Source of the DNA: Rozella allomycis CSF55
Taxonomy: Eukaryota
Assembly: GCA_000442015.1 (NCBI GenBank)
Contig: KE561167.1
Location: forward strand, 1-64,000
DNA length: 64,000 nucleotides
Direction of reading: 5' to 3'
Part shown: positions 13,229 to 25,516 of the stretch, piece after piece
How positions within the stretch are numbered: position 1 is the first letter of the stretch
Layout of the letters: every line of letters begins with the position of its first letter
Program-made: the position numbers and the translations under genes
Notes under the pieces: generated by a model
What the model saw: the letters and a program-made list of their open reading frames with translations, nothing else
Database searches by the model: none
Told to the model about the DNA's origin: nothing

Positions 13229-14626
13229 ATGCTTTTTTTCACAATAGTGTTCCTGACAGGGATACATTTCACTGAACAATCTAGTTTTGAAGAAGATCTT
13301 GGTGCAGTTTTATCTCAACAAAATTATCCTAATGGCGAATCTATCGTGAAGAAGCGCCCTGACGAAATAGACGTCAGGAGAGCAAACGAAGGCACAACAT
13401 ATGATAGAAATATTGCCAGTCCGATCAGTCCAGTAGCACAATTTCGACCAAGTCCTTTGTCAGATGATGAGTATTATGATCTTGAACGTCAGGAAAGTCA
13501 GTTGCCATCAAGTAGCGCTGGCAAGGTAACAGACGGTGATTTAGCTCTTCTAACGGCTGCCTCAAAAGATCAGACTCCCGCTGAAACTGCAGGTAGCTCC
13601 TCTAGTGTAAAGACTTCGCAACTGACGTCACCAGAAACTAGCCAGTCGTCATCTTTGTCAAACACAGAAATTATCAATAAAGAAAATCAATGCTCAAAAC
13701 CAATAGCAGAACATAATGGACTTCTTTTAGCCGGCGAAAATTCGAAGTCCCTAGAAGAAAACCCTGACAAAAGTTTAACAAGTCCTGTAATTGTAGATTC
13801 GTTTGCAGAGAAAGCAAGAGGATACTTAAAAGGATGGAAAAAAATTTTGACACCTTCCATTGAGAAAGATGAAGATGATGTGCAAAGAAAAATAAATCCA
13901 TATCTTTACCAAAACAAACCTGACGAAACAGAAATACGACATGAGAAACATGATCAAAAAATAGATTTACCGTTTATAATGCACGAAAAAAGTTTACATA
14001 GAGATAGTGAACCCCAGTTTAATACAAAAACTGTTTTAGAAAATAAAGCAGACTCTTTTCCTGACAACATCGTTGATGCGCCTGAAAGTACACCGAAATC
14101 TGTAAAAAATGAGATTACTATTCCTGGTTTTACAAAAATGGGAATGGAAGAAACTACGACAACATCCAACCACCATCTCTCTAAACCTGTTAAGCTCAAG
14201 CAAATGAAAAGATTGAAAGCTAAGGATAAAGAAAAACGCACAAAGAAAACGAAAAACAAAACCGGGGAAGATACAATTATTCATAATGTTGAAATTAATG
14301 ACTTTCAAGAAAAGCAACGAAAATATCCCTATTTCACTAAGCACATGGAAGCTAACGCTGAAGAGATATTAAGCGATAGAATAGATGAAACTATACAAGA
14401 ATATAAAGAAAGAAAAAGGACAAAAAACCGATCTTCTCAATTTGATATTGATAGAACTGTATCTGATACCATGAACGACACGCAGGAAGAGAGCAAAGAA
14501 GCCCAGTTAGATATGGTATTTTCTGCCTTGTTGATCGTCATTTCCTGCGTTTCCGTTTTTGGGTTGTTAGCATTAACATTTCATTCTTACGAACTTTTAA
14601 AGGGGAAAGCGCGCTCAAATTTTTAA
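13229..14626 (+). CDS. Hypothetical type I membrane protein with low-complexity ectodomain
   Basis: Intronless 465-aa ORF, signal-like start, S/E/K-rich middle, C-terminal helix MVFSALLIVISCVSVFGLLAL. Confidence 0.7.
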   Translation: MLFFTIVFLTGIHFTEQSSFEEDLGAVLSQQNYPNGESIVKKRPDEIDVRRANEGTTYDRNIASPISPVAQFRPSPLSDDEYYDLERQESQLPSSSAGKVTDGDLALLTAASKDQTPAETAGSSSSVKTSQLTSPETSQSSSLSNTEIINKENQCSKPIAEHNGLLLAGENSKSLEENPDKSLTSPVIVDSFAEKARGYLKGWKKILTPSIEKDEDDVQRKINPYLYQNKPDETEIRHEKHDQKIDLPFIMHEKSLHRDSEPQFNTKTVLENKADSFPDNIVDAPESTPKSVKNEITIPGFTKMGMEETTTTSNHHLSKPVKLKQMKRLKAKDKEKRTKKTKNKTGEDTIIHNVEINDFQEKQRKYPYFTKHMEANAEEILSDRIDETIQEYKERKRTKNRSSQFDIDRTVSDTMNDTQEESKEAQLDMVFSALLIVISCVSVFGLLALTFHSYELLKGKARSNF

Positions 14627-14785
14627 ATTAAAGTAAATAAAAAGTTTTGGTTGTTTTGTTTTTGTAAAATTGTAGATAAGAACCGGTTTGAGCGATATTA
14701 ATCTGAACTTATACAGTTCAGTTAATTGAAGTCAAGTTTGGACTTTGGGGTAAACGCTTAAGCCACTGGCAATTTTGTTCCCTTA

Positions 14786-15917
14786 ATGACGATTACAGTA
14801 TTAGTCAAACATATTCCAAATGTCGATTCTTTCTCTGAAATATGTTCTAGCCTTGGTGCGATAGATATAAGACTAGGATCTAAATATGGAAAAATGGTAA
14901 CTCGTTAATTCTATTTTGAAAGAGAAATTCAGCATTTATAGATTTCCCCAATACAGAAACTGTTCTAAAAGCGCAGAAAGTGATCCAAAGTCTTTGTCCA
15001 AGCTCACAATTTGAACTAGCAAGGCCATTGTCGGACGAGAAAGTATACTACAGGTATCCATCAATCAACGAACAGATTGCCCAAAATATTGTGCATGCGC
15101 TTCATAAAGTTCCTAAATTGTATGTACAAGTGTTGCATATGATGAATAAGATGAACATCCCACCTCCGTTTATTGACCAGGTAAGGTGGTTTGATGGATT
15201 TTACAGGAACTATTTTCAAATGAATTGATTAAAAGAATGTTTATTATCGATGAATGGATGTCTAGTGAAGAATCGGAATTAGAATCTGAAGCGGAGGAGC
15301 CAAAGAGGAAAAGGGCAAGGGAAGATATAAAAGTAGAATTGTTGAGAAATGAAGTATCGAATAATCAACAAGAACAATTGAAGATAGTCACATCGAGTGT
15401 GAAAGTAGATGAAAAAACTTACGAGACAAATCATGAGCGAATTGAGCCGGTGAATGACGACAATTGCATTGTAGAAAAGGCGGAGGAAGAATGGTGCCTC
15501 TCTCTTGAAGAAACTCTAAAGAATAAGTATACCAACCAAGGTAATGTATTGAATTAGATGTTATAGAAATTATACGAATGAAGTCGTTTTCAAAATACCA
15601 TCCTGGAAACCCTTCAAGAACCTTGTACATTAAAAATTTAGACCACAAAAAAGTAAAAAAAGAAGATCTAAGATTTGTATTTGGTAGATTCTTTGGAAAA
15701 GACATAGAGTAATGTTTTACAATGACGGAGAAATTGAATAGATGTAAAATTGATGACAGAAGGGCGTATGAAAGGACAAGCATTTATAAAGTTTCCTAGT
15801 GTTGAGATTGCACAAAAAGCACTTGATGAGGTTCATGGATACATTTTATACGACAAGCCGATGATCATTGTAAGATAATATTTGGCGATAAAATAGCAAT
15901 TTGGGAAACAAGATTAG
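14786..15917 (+). CDS. RNPC3: U11/U12 snRNP 65K protein (minor spliceosome, two RRMs)
   Basis: YRYP...NIVHAL.KVPKLYVQVLHMMNKMNIPPPF, SSEESELES and C-terminal RRM GNPSRTLYIKNL...GQAFIKFPS. Confidence 0.85.
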
Positions 15918-16303
15918 AACAATATAATTAAACCAAGGAGGCGGCCGATAATTTTTTGGATCAAAGAGAATAAACCATTATTAAGTTTTCCTTTCAGGAG
16001 CGAGGTTNAGTTTTCCCTTTTTCAGGAGCGAGGTTAAAAGTTTATCAGATACACGATCTTTTAAGTATTTTTATTCAATTTATTTGATAATCAATGTTGT
16101 CAAACTCAAAGTGATGATGTGATGGCTCCATTTATTTAGACTTTTAGACTTTTAGATTCTTGATCGATGACAACCCCTTTGAGCGAATTTAATAGAAATA
16201 AAATAGACTTGAATTGCTAGTATGCCAGTATTTAATTATTTCAATAAACGGATTTGAGAATTTTGAGAGGAATTTTGGCTGTGTGATACCCCTGCATAAA
16301 AAA

Positions 16304-18696
16304 ATGTCAGAATCCACATCTTCAGAGGAATGGCTGTGTCCTTTGTGTATGGAGGAAATGGATCTAACTGATCGACATTTCAAGCCATGTAGTTGTGGCT
16401 ACCAAGTAAAATTGATACTGAATATAGAAAAGATTTGTAGTTTTTGTTGGAATCACATTTGCCAGAGTTTGAATGGGAAATGCCCAGCATGCCGAAAGCT
16501 ATATCATGAGCAAGAAGTGGAATTTACTCCTATACCTGAAGAGTAAAGATATGATACTTTTTGTGAAAGGTTGCTTTCAAGGAAGAAGGAAAAGAAGAAA
16601 AAGGAAAATTCCAGTGAGCCTGAGAAAAGTACTGGAAGTGTGAATAAAAAGCATTTGGAACATTTGAGAGTGATTCAGAAGAATTTAGTTTATGTGATAG
16701 GACTGTCAACAAGGGTGGCATCAGAAGAAGTAAGTTTTTGAAATTTAGATGATTGTAGATTTTAAAGCAGGCAGAGTATTTTGGACAATTTGGAAAGATA
16801 ATTAAAGTTGTTGTGAATAGAAAACAAGTTTTTAGTGGGACGTCTACAGCGGGGCCCAGTGTGTCTGTGTATGTGACGTTTGCAAAGAAGAGAGATGCAG
16901 CGTTGGCTATTCATACGATTGATGGATCGACTTTAGATGGAAGAATATTGAGGGCATCGTTTGGGACGACCAAGTATTGTTCATTCTTTTTGAAGAATCA
17001 AACATGCCCCAACCCAGGATGTATGTATCTTCATGAGCAAGGGGAAATGTGTGATTCATTTACGAAAGAAGAAATGACTTTGGGAAAACATCATTTATTT
17101 AGATTGGAAGAAGAATCAAAGCTTAAACCAATTCAGAGATTGGGATTGTTGATAAAAGATCAAGAAAGACCTTTAGATAATGATCCTAGTTTACCTTTGA
17201 TTACAGTTAAAGCAGCTGAATCAATGAATTTAAAAACAAGAGAAGATATTTTAATAAAATTTGGAATTATAAAACCAGAAACCAAAAAAGACGAAATTAA
17301 ACCAGAAAATGTAGAGCTGCACTGTGAAGGGAATGAAGCGCAGAGTTCGTGTTTAAATCAAAGCGCATCTTTAAATCAAAGTGCATCTTTAAATCAAAGT
17401 GCATCGTTAAGTCAAAGCGCATCTTTAAATCAATTAAATCAAGGTGACAAATTCAACCAAGCAGAGACTATTAATCAAAGTGAATCTAAGAGAGCTGAAA
17501 AGAATGAAAATAGTTTCTCTTCTCCATTCACGTCTCCATTTGCACCGTTTGCATTATTTAATAATCCGTAATTAATTTCTTTTTAGTTTTAATTTTAGAG
17601 ATTTGAATGTTGAAACTAAAAAATCGCCTTCAAGATCAACAACCCCTGTAATTCCATCCAATGTTTCTTCATTTTTTAATTCATTTTCACAAAACAATTC
17701 ACAATTTCATTCACCATTTTTAGAATCTAAAAATAATTTGTTTGATGTTCCAAAACCAACTCAGTTTAATAATGTTGAATCTTTCTTTAAATTTGATTCT
17801 ACAAAATACAGGGGTGAATCTTTACTTTCAGAAAAAAGAAAGTCTAGATTTAATTTCGCTCAAGAAAAAGATGAAAAAGATTTCAGAACGATGCTTCCAA
17901 ACGTTAATGTTCGCTTTTCAGATAATAACCAATTTGATTCATTTTCGCAACCGCAACCTTTACAATTAAATAATGAGATGAGCGCTACTGTGAGTGGTCG
18001 TCCATTAGATATTAATAGCCAGGTTAATAGTCGTCCATTAGATAATCGCCCATTAGATATGAATAGCCGTCCATTAGATGTTAATAGTCGTCCATTGGAT
18101 AATCGCCCATTAGAGTTTGATGCATTTAATCCATTTTTACATCCACAATTTCATTCACAGTTTAATCCACAATTACAACAACAAATTCACAATAATCACA
18201 CACATTTTAATTCTATCAGACCTTTTCCTTTACAATCACATCCAACAATGTTTTATGATCCAGCAATCATTTCTCAATCTTCTAAAAACACTTCAGATTT
18301 AAACAATCATCAGACTTCAAGAGGCAGTGGAGTAAGATATTCCACTCCTCAATCAGGTAACCTATTTTCTTTCCCCTAATAAAGATAGACTCTGAAAATT
18401 CTCAGTTTCTTGTTGATTCTTCTAAACTCTCTGTTGTCTCTCACAAAAATCTTGAACAATTATTTTCAAAACTCTTGCAAATTCAACAAAATATTCACAA
18501 CAATAATCATTCTCAAAATAATATCGATAACATCACGTTACTCCCCCCTTCAAAAACTAAACTTCCTGAAAATGATTTATCAAATATGAATATTGAAACA
18601 ATAGAACAAGAATTAAAAAGAGTTTCTTCTGATTGTTCTTTGATCGAGTCTCAACTTAAAAGTTTAATAAAGAAAAACAAGAAACGAAAGAAATAA
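16304..18696 (+). CDS. NOT4: CCR4-NOT subunit 4 RING E3 ligase
   Basis: CPLCMEEMDLTDRHFKPCSCGYQ RING, RRM with LRASFGTTKYC, CPNPGCMYLHE finger, long low-complexity tail. Confidence 0.93.
17352..17440 (+). repeat. Coding 18-nt tandem repeat (LNQSAS x4) in NOT4
   Basis: ttaaatcaaag(c/t)gcatct units visible in sequence. Confidence 0.85.
17995..18115 (+). repeat. Coding tandem repeat (RPLD units) in NOT4
   Basis: cgtccattagat/cgcccattagat repeated about six times. Confidence 0.8.
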
Positions 18697-18856
18697 CAGA
18701 AACCACAAAATAAACTATTTGCTTATATTAATGCTATTATGACTTTAATTTTTATTATAATTTTGAGATTATTTTTATTCTTTCTATTCTTTCTATTCTT
18801 TAGTCTCTCGCCTAAGCGTATTGAATAGTAAATTTCTCATTGCAAGGGTCAATTGA

Positions 18857-19745
18857 ATGGTAATCAAAAATCACTATATTTCTCTAGTTTCGCAATCAAT
18901 ACGATAACGATGCCACAACCTTCAGTCCTCAAGGTCGTCTCCATCAAGTTGAATACGCTATGGAAGCCGTCAAACAAGGCTCACCATCAGTAGCCCTTCG
19001 CTCATCAACACACGCAGTTCTCCTAGCCATAAAAGTATCTCAAATTTCTATATTAAAATTAGCGCTCGCAAGCAGAGCTGGCTGCCTACCAAAAGAAAAT
19101 ATTCAAAGTGGACGATCACATTGGCATTGCTATTGCTGGCTTGACTTCAGATGCTCGCGTTCTATCAACAATCATGCGCAACCAGGCAATCAAAAGCAAA
19201 CTCGTCTACGATCGCCAGCTGCCTGTTCAGCGTATCGTTGCTGAAATCTCTGACCGTGCACAGAGAAACACTCAGCTGTATGGAGGACGTCCTTACGGTG
19301 TTGGGTTGCTAGTTGCTGGCGTGGATGTAAGATTATTATACATTTGTCAAAGGAAAATGGCGCGCATATTTATGAATTCTCGCCTTCAGGAAACTACTTT
19401 GAATATGTTGCAATGGCTATTGGCGCTCGTGCACAGTCTGCTAAGACTTATTTGGAGAAGCAGTTTGAAGCATTTGAAAACGCTTCCGTTGATGAACTGG
19501 TCTTGCATGGTTTGCGCGCTCTGAGAGATACTCTTCAGCAAGACAAGAAACTTGATATGAATAACACTTCTATAGCTATTATTGGTGTCAATCAGCCATT
19601 TTCCTTTGTAGAGGGTGCTGAATTGGAAGGGTACTTGCAGGAATTAGAAAAGGACCCTAAACCACTCAGGCGTCCTGCAGCCGCACAGGACCAAGAAATG
19701 GTTCCCGCTGAAGGAGAACAACAAGCGCCTATGGATGTTGAATAA
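18857..19745 (+). CDS. PRE5: 20S proteasome alpha-6 subunit
   Basis: ATG-only first exon then [54 protein letters not shown]. Confidence 0.95.
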
Positions 19746-19774
19746 ATTTATACAATCTAGTTAAATATCATTTA

Positions 19775-20192
19775 TTAAAATCCGTGGATTTTGATGCTTT
19801 CCTTGCTGCTCAACTTTTGCTCCACTAGAAAATCGAAAATCTTTTGGCGATGGTCTCCCTGTAATTGGATAACAGGTCCAAGTTTCTCATCGTCCACCTA
19901 TTATAATTGACAAAATTTCTAATTACGATAGATCCGTTGCAAGCAAACGACTTTCTAAACATTTTCAAAAGGTTCTTTTGGTCAACAGTAGCTGGTATTC
20001 CTTGAACAGACGTAATTGTTTTTTTAGAACTTCTTTGTTGAATACGAATATCTTTGAAAGACAAAATATGTGGTTACGAATGTGCTGTTGAGAGCCTATT
20101 TCTTGCTTGTTGGTCGTTGATCCTGCAGTGTCAGCAAACGGGTCTATGTTGCGTAGTGTAAAGAGCTTACCATAGTTTTGAACGGTTTGCAT
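19775..20192 (-). CDS. SUI1: Translation initiation factor eIF1
   Basis: DPFAD...IRIQQR...FACNGSIV...VIQLQGDHR...IKIHGF. Confidence 0.93.
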
Positions 20193-20343
20193 TCGCCTAG
20201 GCCAGGGTATGAATTATTTTCAAATTTACGGAACTGGAACATAATGTAACGGGTTTAATAAAGACGGGATGATTAGATATGATTTTAATGTTTTATGTTT
20301 GTTTCTGTGTTTGATGCTTTGACCCTGGCAAAGTGGCATTTAG

Positions 20344-22376
20344 ATGAAGGACGTTCGGATACAGTTTGGAAGTCCGGGTAATGTGAAAATAATAAAAATT
20401 GGGAATGAAGATAATATAGAAAATATCCTTATTGGTGCTTGTCAAAAATTTGAAGTGAATGAATTTGACAGATACTGTCTTAGGGACCATAATACACTGG
20501 AAGTAATTAATGATATGGTAATTAATTTAATATTGCGTAAATAAGAACATGGAAAAGATTTCTCAAGATACTATTTTGCTATTAGACTATTGCGACATAG
20601 TGTTAGCAGCTAAATCTGTAAAGGATTTGAAGGATAATCTGAATGATGCTCTGCAGACAAAAAAGATTATATTTCAGCTTCAAAAATATTTAAAATTGGA
20701 GAATTTTTCAATTGAGTTTTTGAAAATGAATGGGCTACAGATTTTAAAGAAGATTGCGTTAAACAATGGAGGGAATATATTGGCTTACACACTTTGCTGT
20801 TTCAGTAATTGCCTGAAATATTACAATGGCGAAATGTTTGAAGAAATTTTTGATGTTGATTTTATTAATTTTCTATTGAATTGTGTGTTTACCCCGACTT
20901 TGACGATATCCAGATGGGCTACAGCAACATTGATATGTATTGTTCAACAAGATGTATTCAACTTGGAGGTCATTTTAACTACAGGAGAGAGATTTAGTGA
21001 TTTGATAGACAAGTTAAACTCGTCTGATCTGCAAACGCAGTTGTTTACTTTGCAATTGTTAAATTCAGTCTATAAACGCATTCTTAAAGATGAAAGAGTC
21101 ATAAATGGTGAATTGGAAATATTTTATGGATCTAAAATCCGGGATACATTAATCAAATTCTCATTCATAGATGAGATCAGTGATGAAATTGTCAAGTTTC
21201 AATCACTGTTTGTTCAGAATTGTTATTTCAAAAGGAATTCTCTTGTTCAAGATTATCGAAGATATTTAGAAAGATTTAGTTTGCAAGATGATTTAACTGA
21301 AATGGTGATTTCCGCTATTCAAGGTCAAACTTGCAATGTTTTGAATTTATCCAATTTGGCTCACTTTGTTAAAAACAATTCCGATAGATTTTTAAAGGTA
21401 TTTCGACATTAATTTCTGTATTAAAGATGGCTGACTTGAATTTCTCATTCTGTTATTGTAGTTTTGAAATAACAGAGTTCTTGTCATATATTTGGCATTT
21501 CGATTCGAAAGTTATTTCAAATAACCGAATCGACCCACCGTTGCTTTGTTTAGAGCGAGTTCATGATACTCTTTTAACCACGGTATTTCGAATTTGGCGG
21601 GAAGAAAGAGCGAACGTTAAGATTGAATTCTTAATAGATTGCCATAAAGTTTACTTTAAAAATCTATTGGAAAAAGAAGAATTCACATGGATTGATCAAT
21701 TTGAAACCTTTGCAAACTCTTTAACTTTCAATGAAGCTAAAGAATTCTATGAATTACATAAACTGGATGGTTTAATGAACTCAAGCAACATAAAGTAAAT
21801 CACATAATTCATTTTCAACTGAGGAAACTGAAAACAAATCTTTTGGAACGCAATACAGAATTTATTAAAAGGCAAAGAATTCAATGTTTGACCAAAGGTG
21901 AATTCTTTCTAATTTCAAGTAAAGAATTAAAGCTTCAAAAAGCTAAAATGTTTATTCGTCTATCTTCCAGTCAAAAATATTTGGCGTTCTCCATAGAAGA
22001 GACGAGTGAATCTGTCAGCAATAAATTGGATTTAAATTCAATCTCAAATATCAAATGGAAAAAAGAAAATTCATTTTTTCACATTTTTTTACATTCACAA
22101 GAAAATGTTGTAGCAGATTTAGCAATAGAATCAGAAACTTCTTTCAATGAATGGTTAGATGGTTTGTCATTTTTGATCTTGGACAAATGCCAAACAGAAG
22201 AAACATTGGCATTGATAAATAATCTAAGTAATCTTGAGTTGGAAGCTAGAGTTTTCAATATTGATGAAAATGAATCTTTGGAAAGAAATAGATTCAATTA
22301 TTCAGATATTTCACTTCCAAGCGATTGCGAGTTTAAATTATCAGATAATCAAATAAAAGATATTTTTTACGCATGA
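20344..22376 (+). CDS. ELMO/CED-12 family protein
   Basis: N-terminal ubiquitin-like segment, ARM region (FLKMNGLQIL), PH domain starting FIKRQRIQCLTKGEFF and containing WLDGL. Confidence 0.7.
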
Positions 22377-22461
22377 TCATTAAATATTAAAGTTTTCTTT
22401 TGATGTATTCACTGAGAGTCTGAGACATTACCATTAAACTAAAAATTGTGTTCTTAATGTT

Positions 22462-23357
22462 TTATTTAATGAGTGCCTCGAAAGACTTGAATAGTTCTGG
22501 ATGTGAATTGCCTATCAATTCATGAACAAGTCCAAGCGTTGTGTGCTTTGATTGCTCTCTGTTATTGTACGCCTTTACCGAGTATAACAGCTTCGTAAAC
22601 TAAAAAACAACAGAAATTAGAATCTACTTTATCGTAAGGTAACATCGACCTCGCCGCCTTGAAGAATTCTCTTCCATCGATTGCAGGTGGGGTAGTTTGA
22701 ATTGGCACTGCATTGTGAGGGGATATCGTTGTCTGGGGCTTATAGTTGGTCGAATTTTTTGTCTGGTATATCGGGTTACTTTGATTAATTGATTTTATAT
22801 TTACGGCGAGGGTAGATCAAAGTAGCTAGACGCCGCCTGCGTCTGGGAGCCAAGATTTTTCGTGGGAGCTGAAGAAGTTTGCGAATCTATCTAATTTGCT
22901 GAAATTAAATTTACATGTCGAATAACTATTGCCATAGTTATCTTTTTCCTGGTTCACCTTCCCAACCTTTTCTTGATACCATTTCGTCTATATATTCCAA
23001 ATTCTATCAATTGTTACCCTATTCTTCGCTTCATAAATATCTTCTTCATCCAAGGTCTCAACAATCATTTGCCTAAATGTTGTAAGTTTGGAAAGACCTT
23101 TAGCCAGATCTTCATTCTTTTGATGACTTCTAGTCAATTCATTTTCCAAATGCATGACCATCCTCTGAAGCTCTATAATTATGCATCTTTTAATATACCC
23201 TCAATTCTAGAATCCTTTTTCACCAATTCTTCTTGTAATTGTTTCAATTCTTGGTCTTGTAAAGATAACTGTAACAATTGAACAATATAATTACACCTTG
23301 GCGAAAAGTTTTTCTAATTTCTTCAAATTGATTCTCTAGCTTGGATTCTAGAGACAT
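22462..23357 (-). CDS. Coiled-coil protein with At4g15545/NAIP-like C-terminal helical domain
   Basis: Manual splicing gives IDGREFFKAARSMLPYDK-FTKLLYSVKAYNNREQSKHTTL...ELFKSFEALIK*. Confidence 0.6.
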
Positions 23358-23404
23358 TTCTCTCCTTAACTACCTCACGTAAACATTGATCAAGCCACGT
23401 TCAA

Positions 23405-24961
23405 ATGAAAGTGCAGGATATTTTATCATCTTACGAAGCCTTTCGAACATTAAAACCAGATCAAATTAACACCATTGCTTCATTGTTTAAGCCATTCAAA
23501 ATATCCAAAGGCCAAACATTGGCTAAACACGGAGAGCGCCATTCAAGCGTTTACATGTTGTTCTCGGGAAATGTTAGCGTCTATTCACATCATGGAAGTG
23601 ACCAACATAAAATCAATGACATCAAAGCGCCATGCTTGGTTGGATTTACATGTTTATTCATAACAAATGCAATCGCAACCGCTACCCTCATAGCTGACTA
23701 CGATTCTGATGGATTCATTGCCGACAGATCTGCTTTTGAAACTCTAGTTATTCAAGATCCTGAATTAAGTGCTTGTATGCTGAAGTACATGGCATTGGAG
23801 ATCAGATCTTGGAGAGTACAAGATGCCGCCACATTGTCCTCCCAAAAGAAATCCAAAATTGTTGTATTCGATTCCAAACCATATGATATATTGTATTTTA
23901 ACAAACATGCAGAGAATTACAACGATTTAGGTCTTGAACTTGACTTTGTGGAATCTAGACTTTCAGAAAAGACTGTGTCTCTTGCACAAGGTGCAACTGT
24001 AATATATATTAATACTAATGAAATAGGTGGTTTCTGTATTTGTTAATGACACAGTGAATGCCCAGGTGGTACAAATGCTGACTGGTTATGGTGTTAAATT
24101 GATAGCACTTAGATGTGCAGGCTTTAATAATGTTGACTTGAATGCATGCGACATGTTAGGCATGTCTGTAGCGCGAGTTCCTGCATACAGTCCTTACGCA
24201 GTAGCAGAACATGCACTTGCGCTCATGCTCTCACTTAACAGAAAGACTCATCATGCGTATACAAGAACCAGAAACGGTGATTTCACTTTATCAAATTCTC
24301 TTATTGGATTTGACATGCATGGAAGAACAGTTGGTGTAATCGGCACTGGTAATTCATTCAATATTAAAACAGAGGTAAAATTGGAAAAATATTAGTCAAC
24401 ATCTTAATTGGACTGGGATGCAATGTTTTATGTTACGATGTGTATCGTGATGAAGAGTTATGTCATAAGCAGAACGTGCGATATGTGGATACTGTTGATG
24501 AAATATATACATCTTGTGATGTAATATCGCTTCACTCACCTTTACTCCCTGACACAAAACATATGATAAATGATGATGCAATCTCCAAAATGAAAAAAGG
24601 TGTCATGCTAATCAATACCTCGCGGGGAGGCCTTATCGATACCATGGCTTTAATCCGCGGCCTTAAAAGTGGTATGGTTGGATCTGCAGGTTTAGATGTT
24701 TATGAAGGCGAAGAAGAATATTTCTTCAGAAATTGGAGCGATCATGTTATTAATGACGATTTACTTGCCCGCTTAATGACCTTCAACAACGTTCTTGTCA
24801 CAAGCCATCAGGTAAAATTCAGATAAAAAATTTGAAAGGCCTTTTTTACTAAAGAAGCATTGGATGCCATTTCATCAACAACATACCTGAATGTTGAAGA
24901 ATTTGTTAAAGGGGGCAAAAAGATGAAGCAACTTACTAATACCGTCAATAAAAGTGCTTAG
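23405..24961 (+). CDS. D-lactate dehydrogenase (LdhA-type) with N-terminal cNMP/CRP-like domain
   Basis: [62 protein letters not shown]; first ~140 aa resemble a CAP effector domain in the same exon. Confidence 0.9.
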
Positions 24962-25516
24962 TCCATCAACAATCAATTTATCTGGTTTTATTTTGTTTTT
25001 GATATTGGAAAAGTCGTCTGACTTATTAGCCCTTTGTGGGGGCAAGTCAATTATACCAAATTCCTTGGCATAGTATGCATGTTTATGTATATTGTATTGC
25101 ATAATGGCCCAAGCAATTCTCATGGTAGCATGATGTAGTAAAGAATAAAATTGACTAACAGGTGTACTAACTTAAGAATCAGGAATACTCCACAACATTG
25201 CAACTTTCACAATGAAATTCTTCTGGAATTGAAGGCAAAATACCAGAATGTCAATTGCCTACATTTAATGGATCGAATTTAAGCTGATGAGTGATGCTCA
25301 GTCATATTGCAAAGTACGAGAGTTTGTGGAATCTAATTAGCAATATATTTTATGTCCAATAGACTGGAGGATATTCAGGATAGAATTTTTTATTATCCTG
25401 AAAAGTGAAAAACTGAGAAATAAAAATACACACTTTTAGTTTTGTTCTAGCGAAAACAATTACAAAAATGTAGCGGTGTTTTTATGATTGACTAACTCAA
25501 GCAACTGTTAATTTAT

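Noticed and set aside
15984-16036. Direct repeat agttttcc...caggagcgaggtt around an N
   Set aside because: Same pattern with N at 16008; assembly artefact, not a CRISPR array or target-site duplication
17352-18115. Short tandem repeats resembling an array
   Set aside because: In-frame low-complexity coding repeats within NOT4, with no spacers
19035-19062. Intron starting GTATCT (also GTATCA at ~41892) as a possible U12-type intron
   Set aside because: Lacks the full GTATCCTT 5' site and any CCTTAAC branch sequence
24875-25400. Possible small spliced minus-strand gene
   Set aside because: Could not assemble a convincing reading frame or recognise a family
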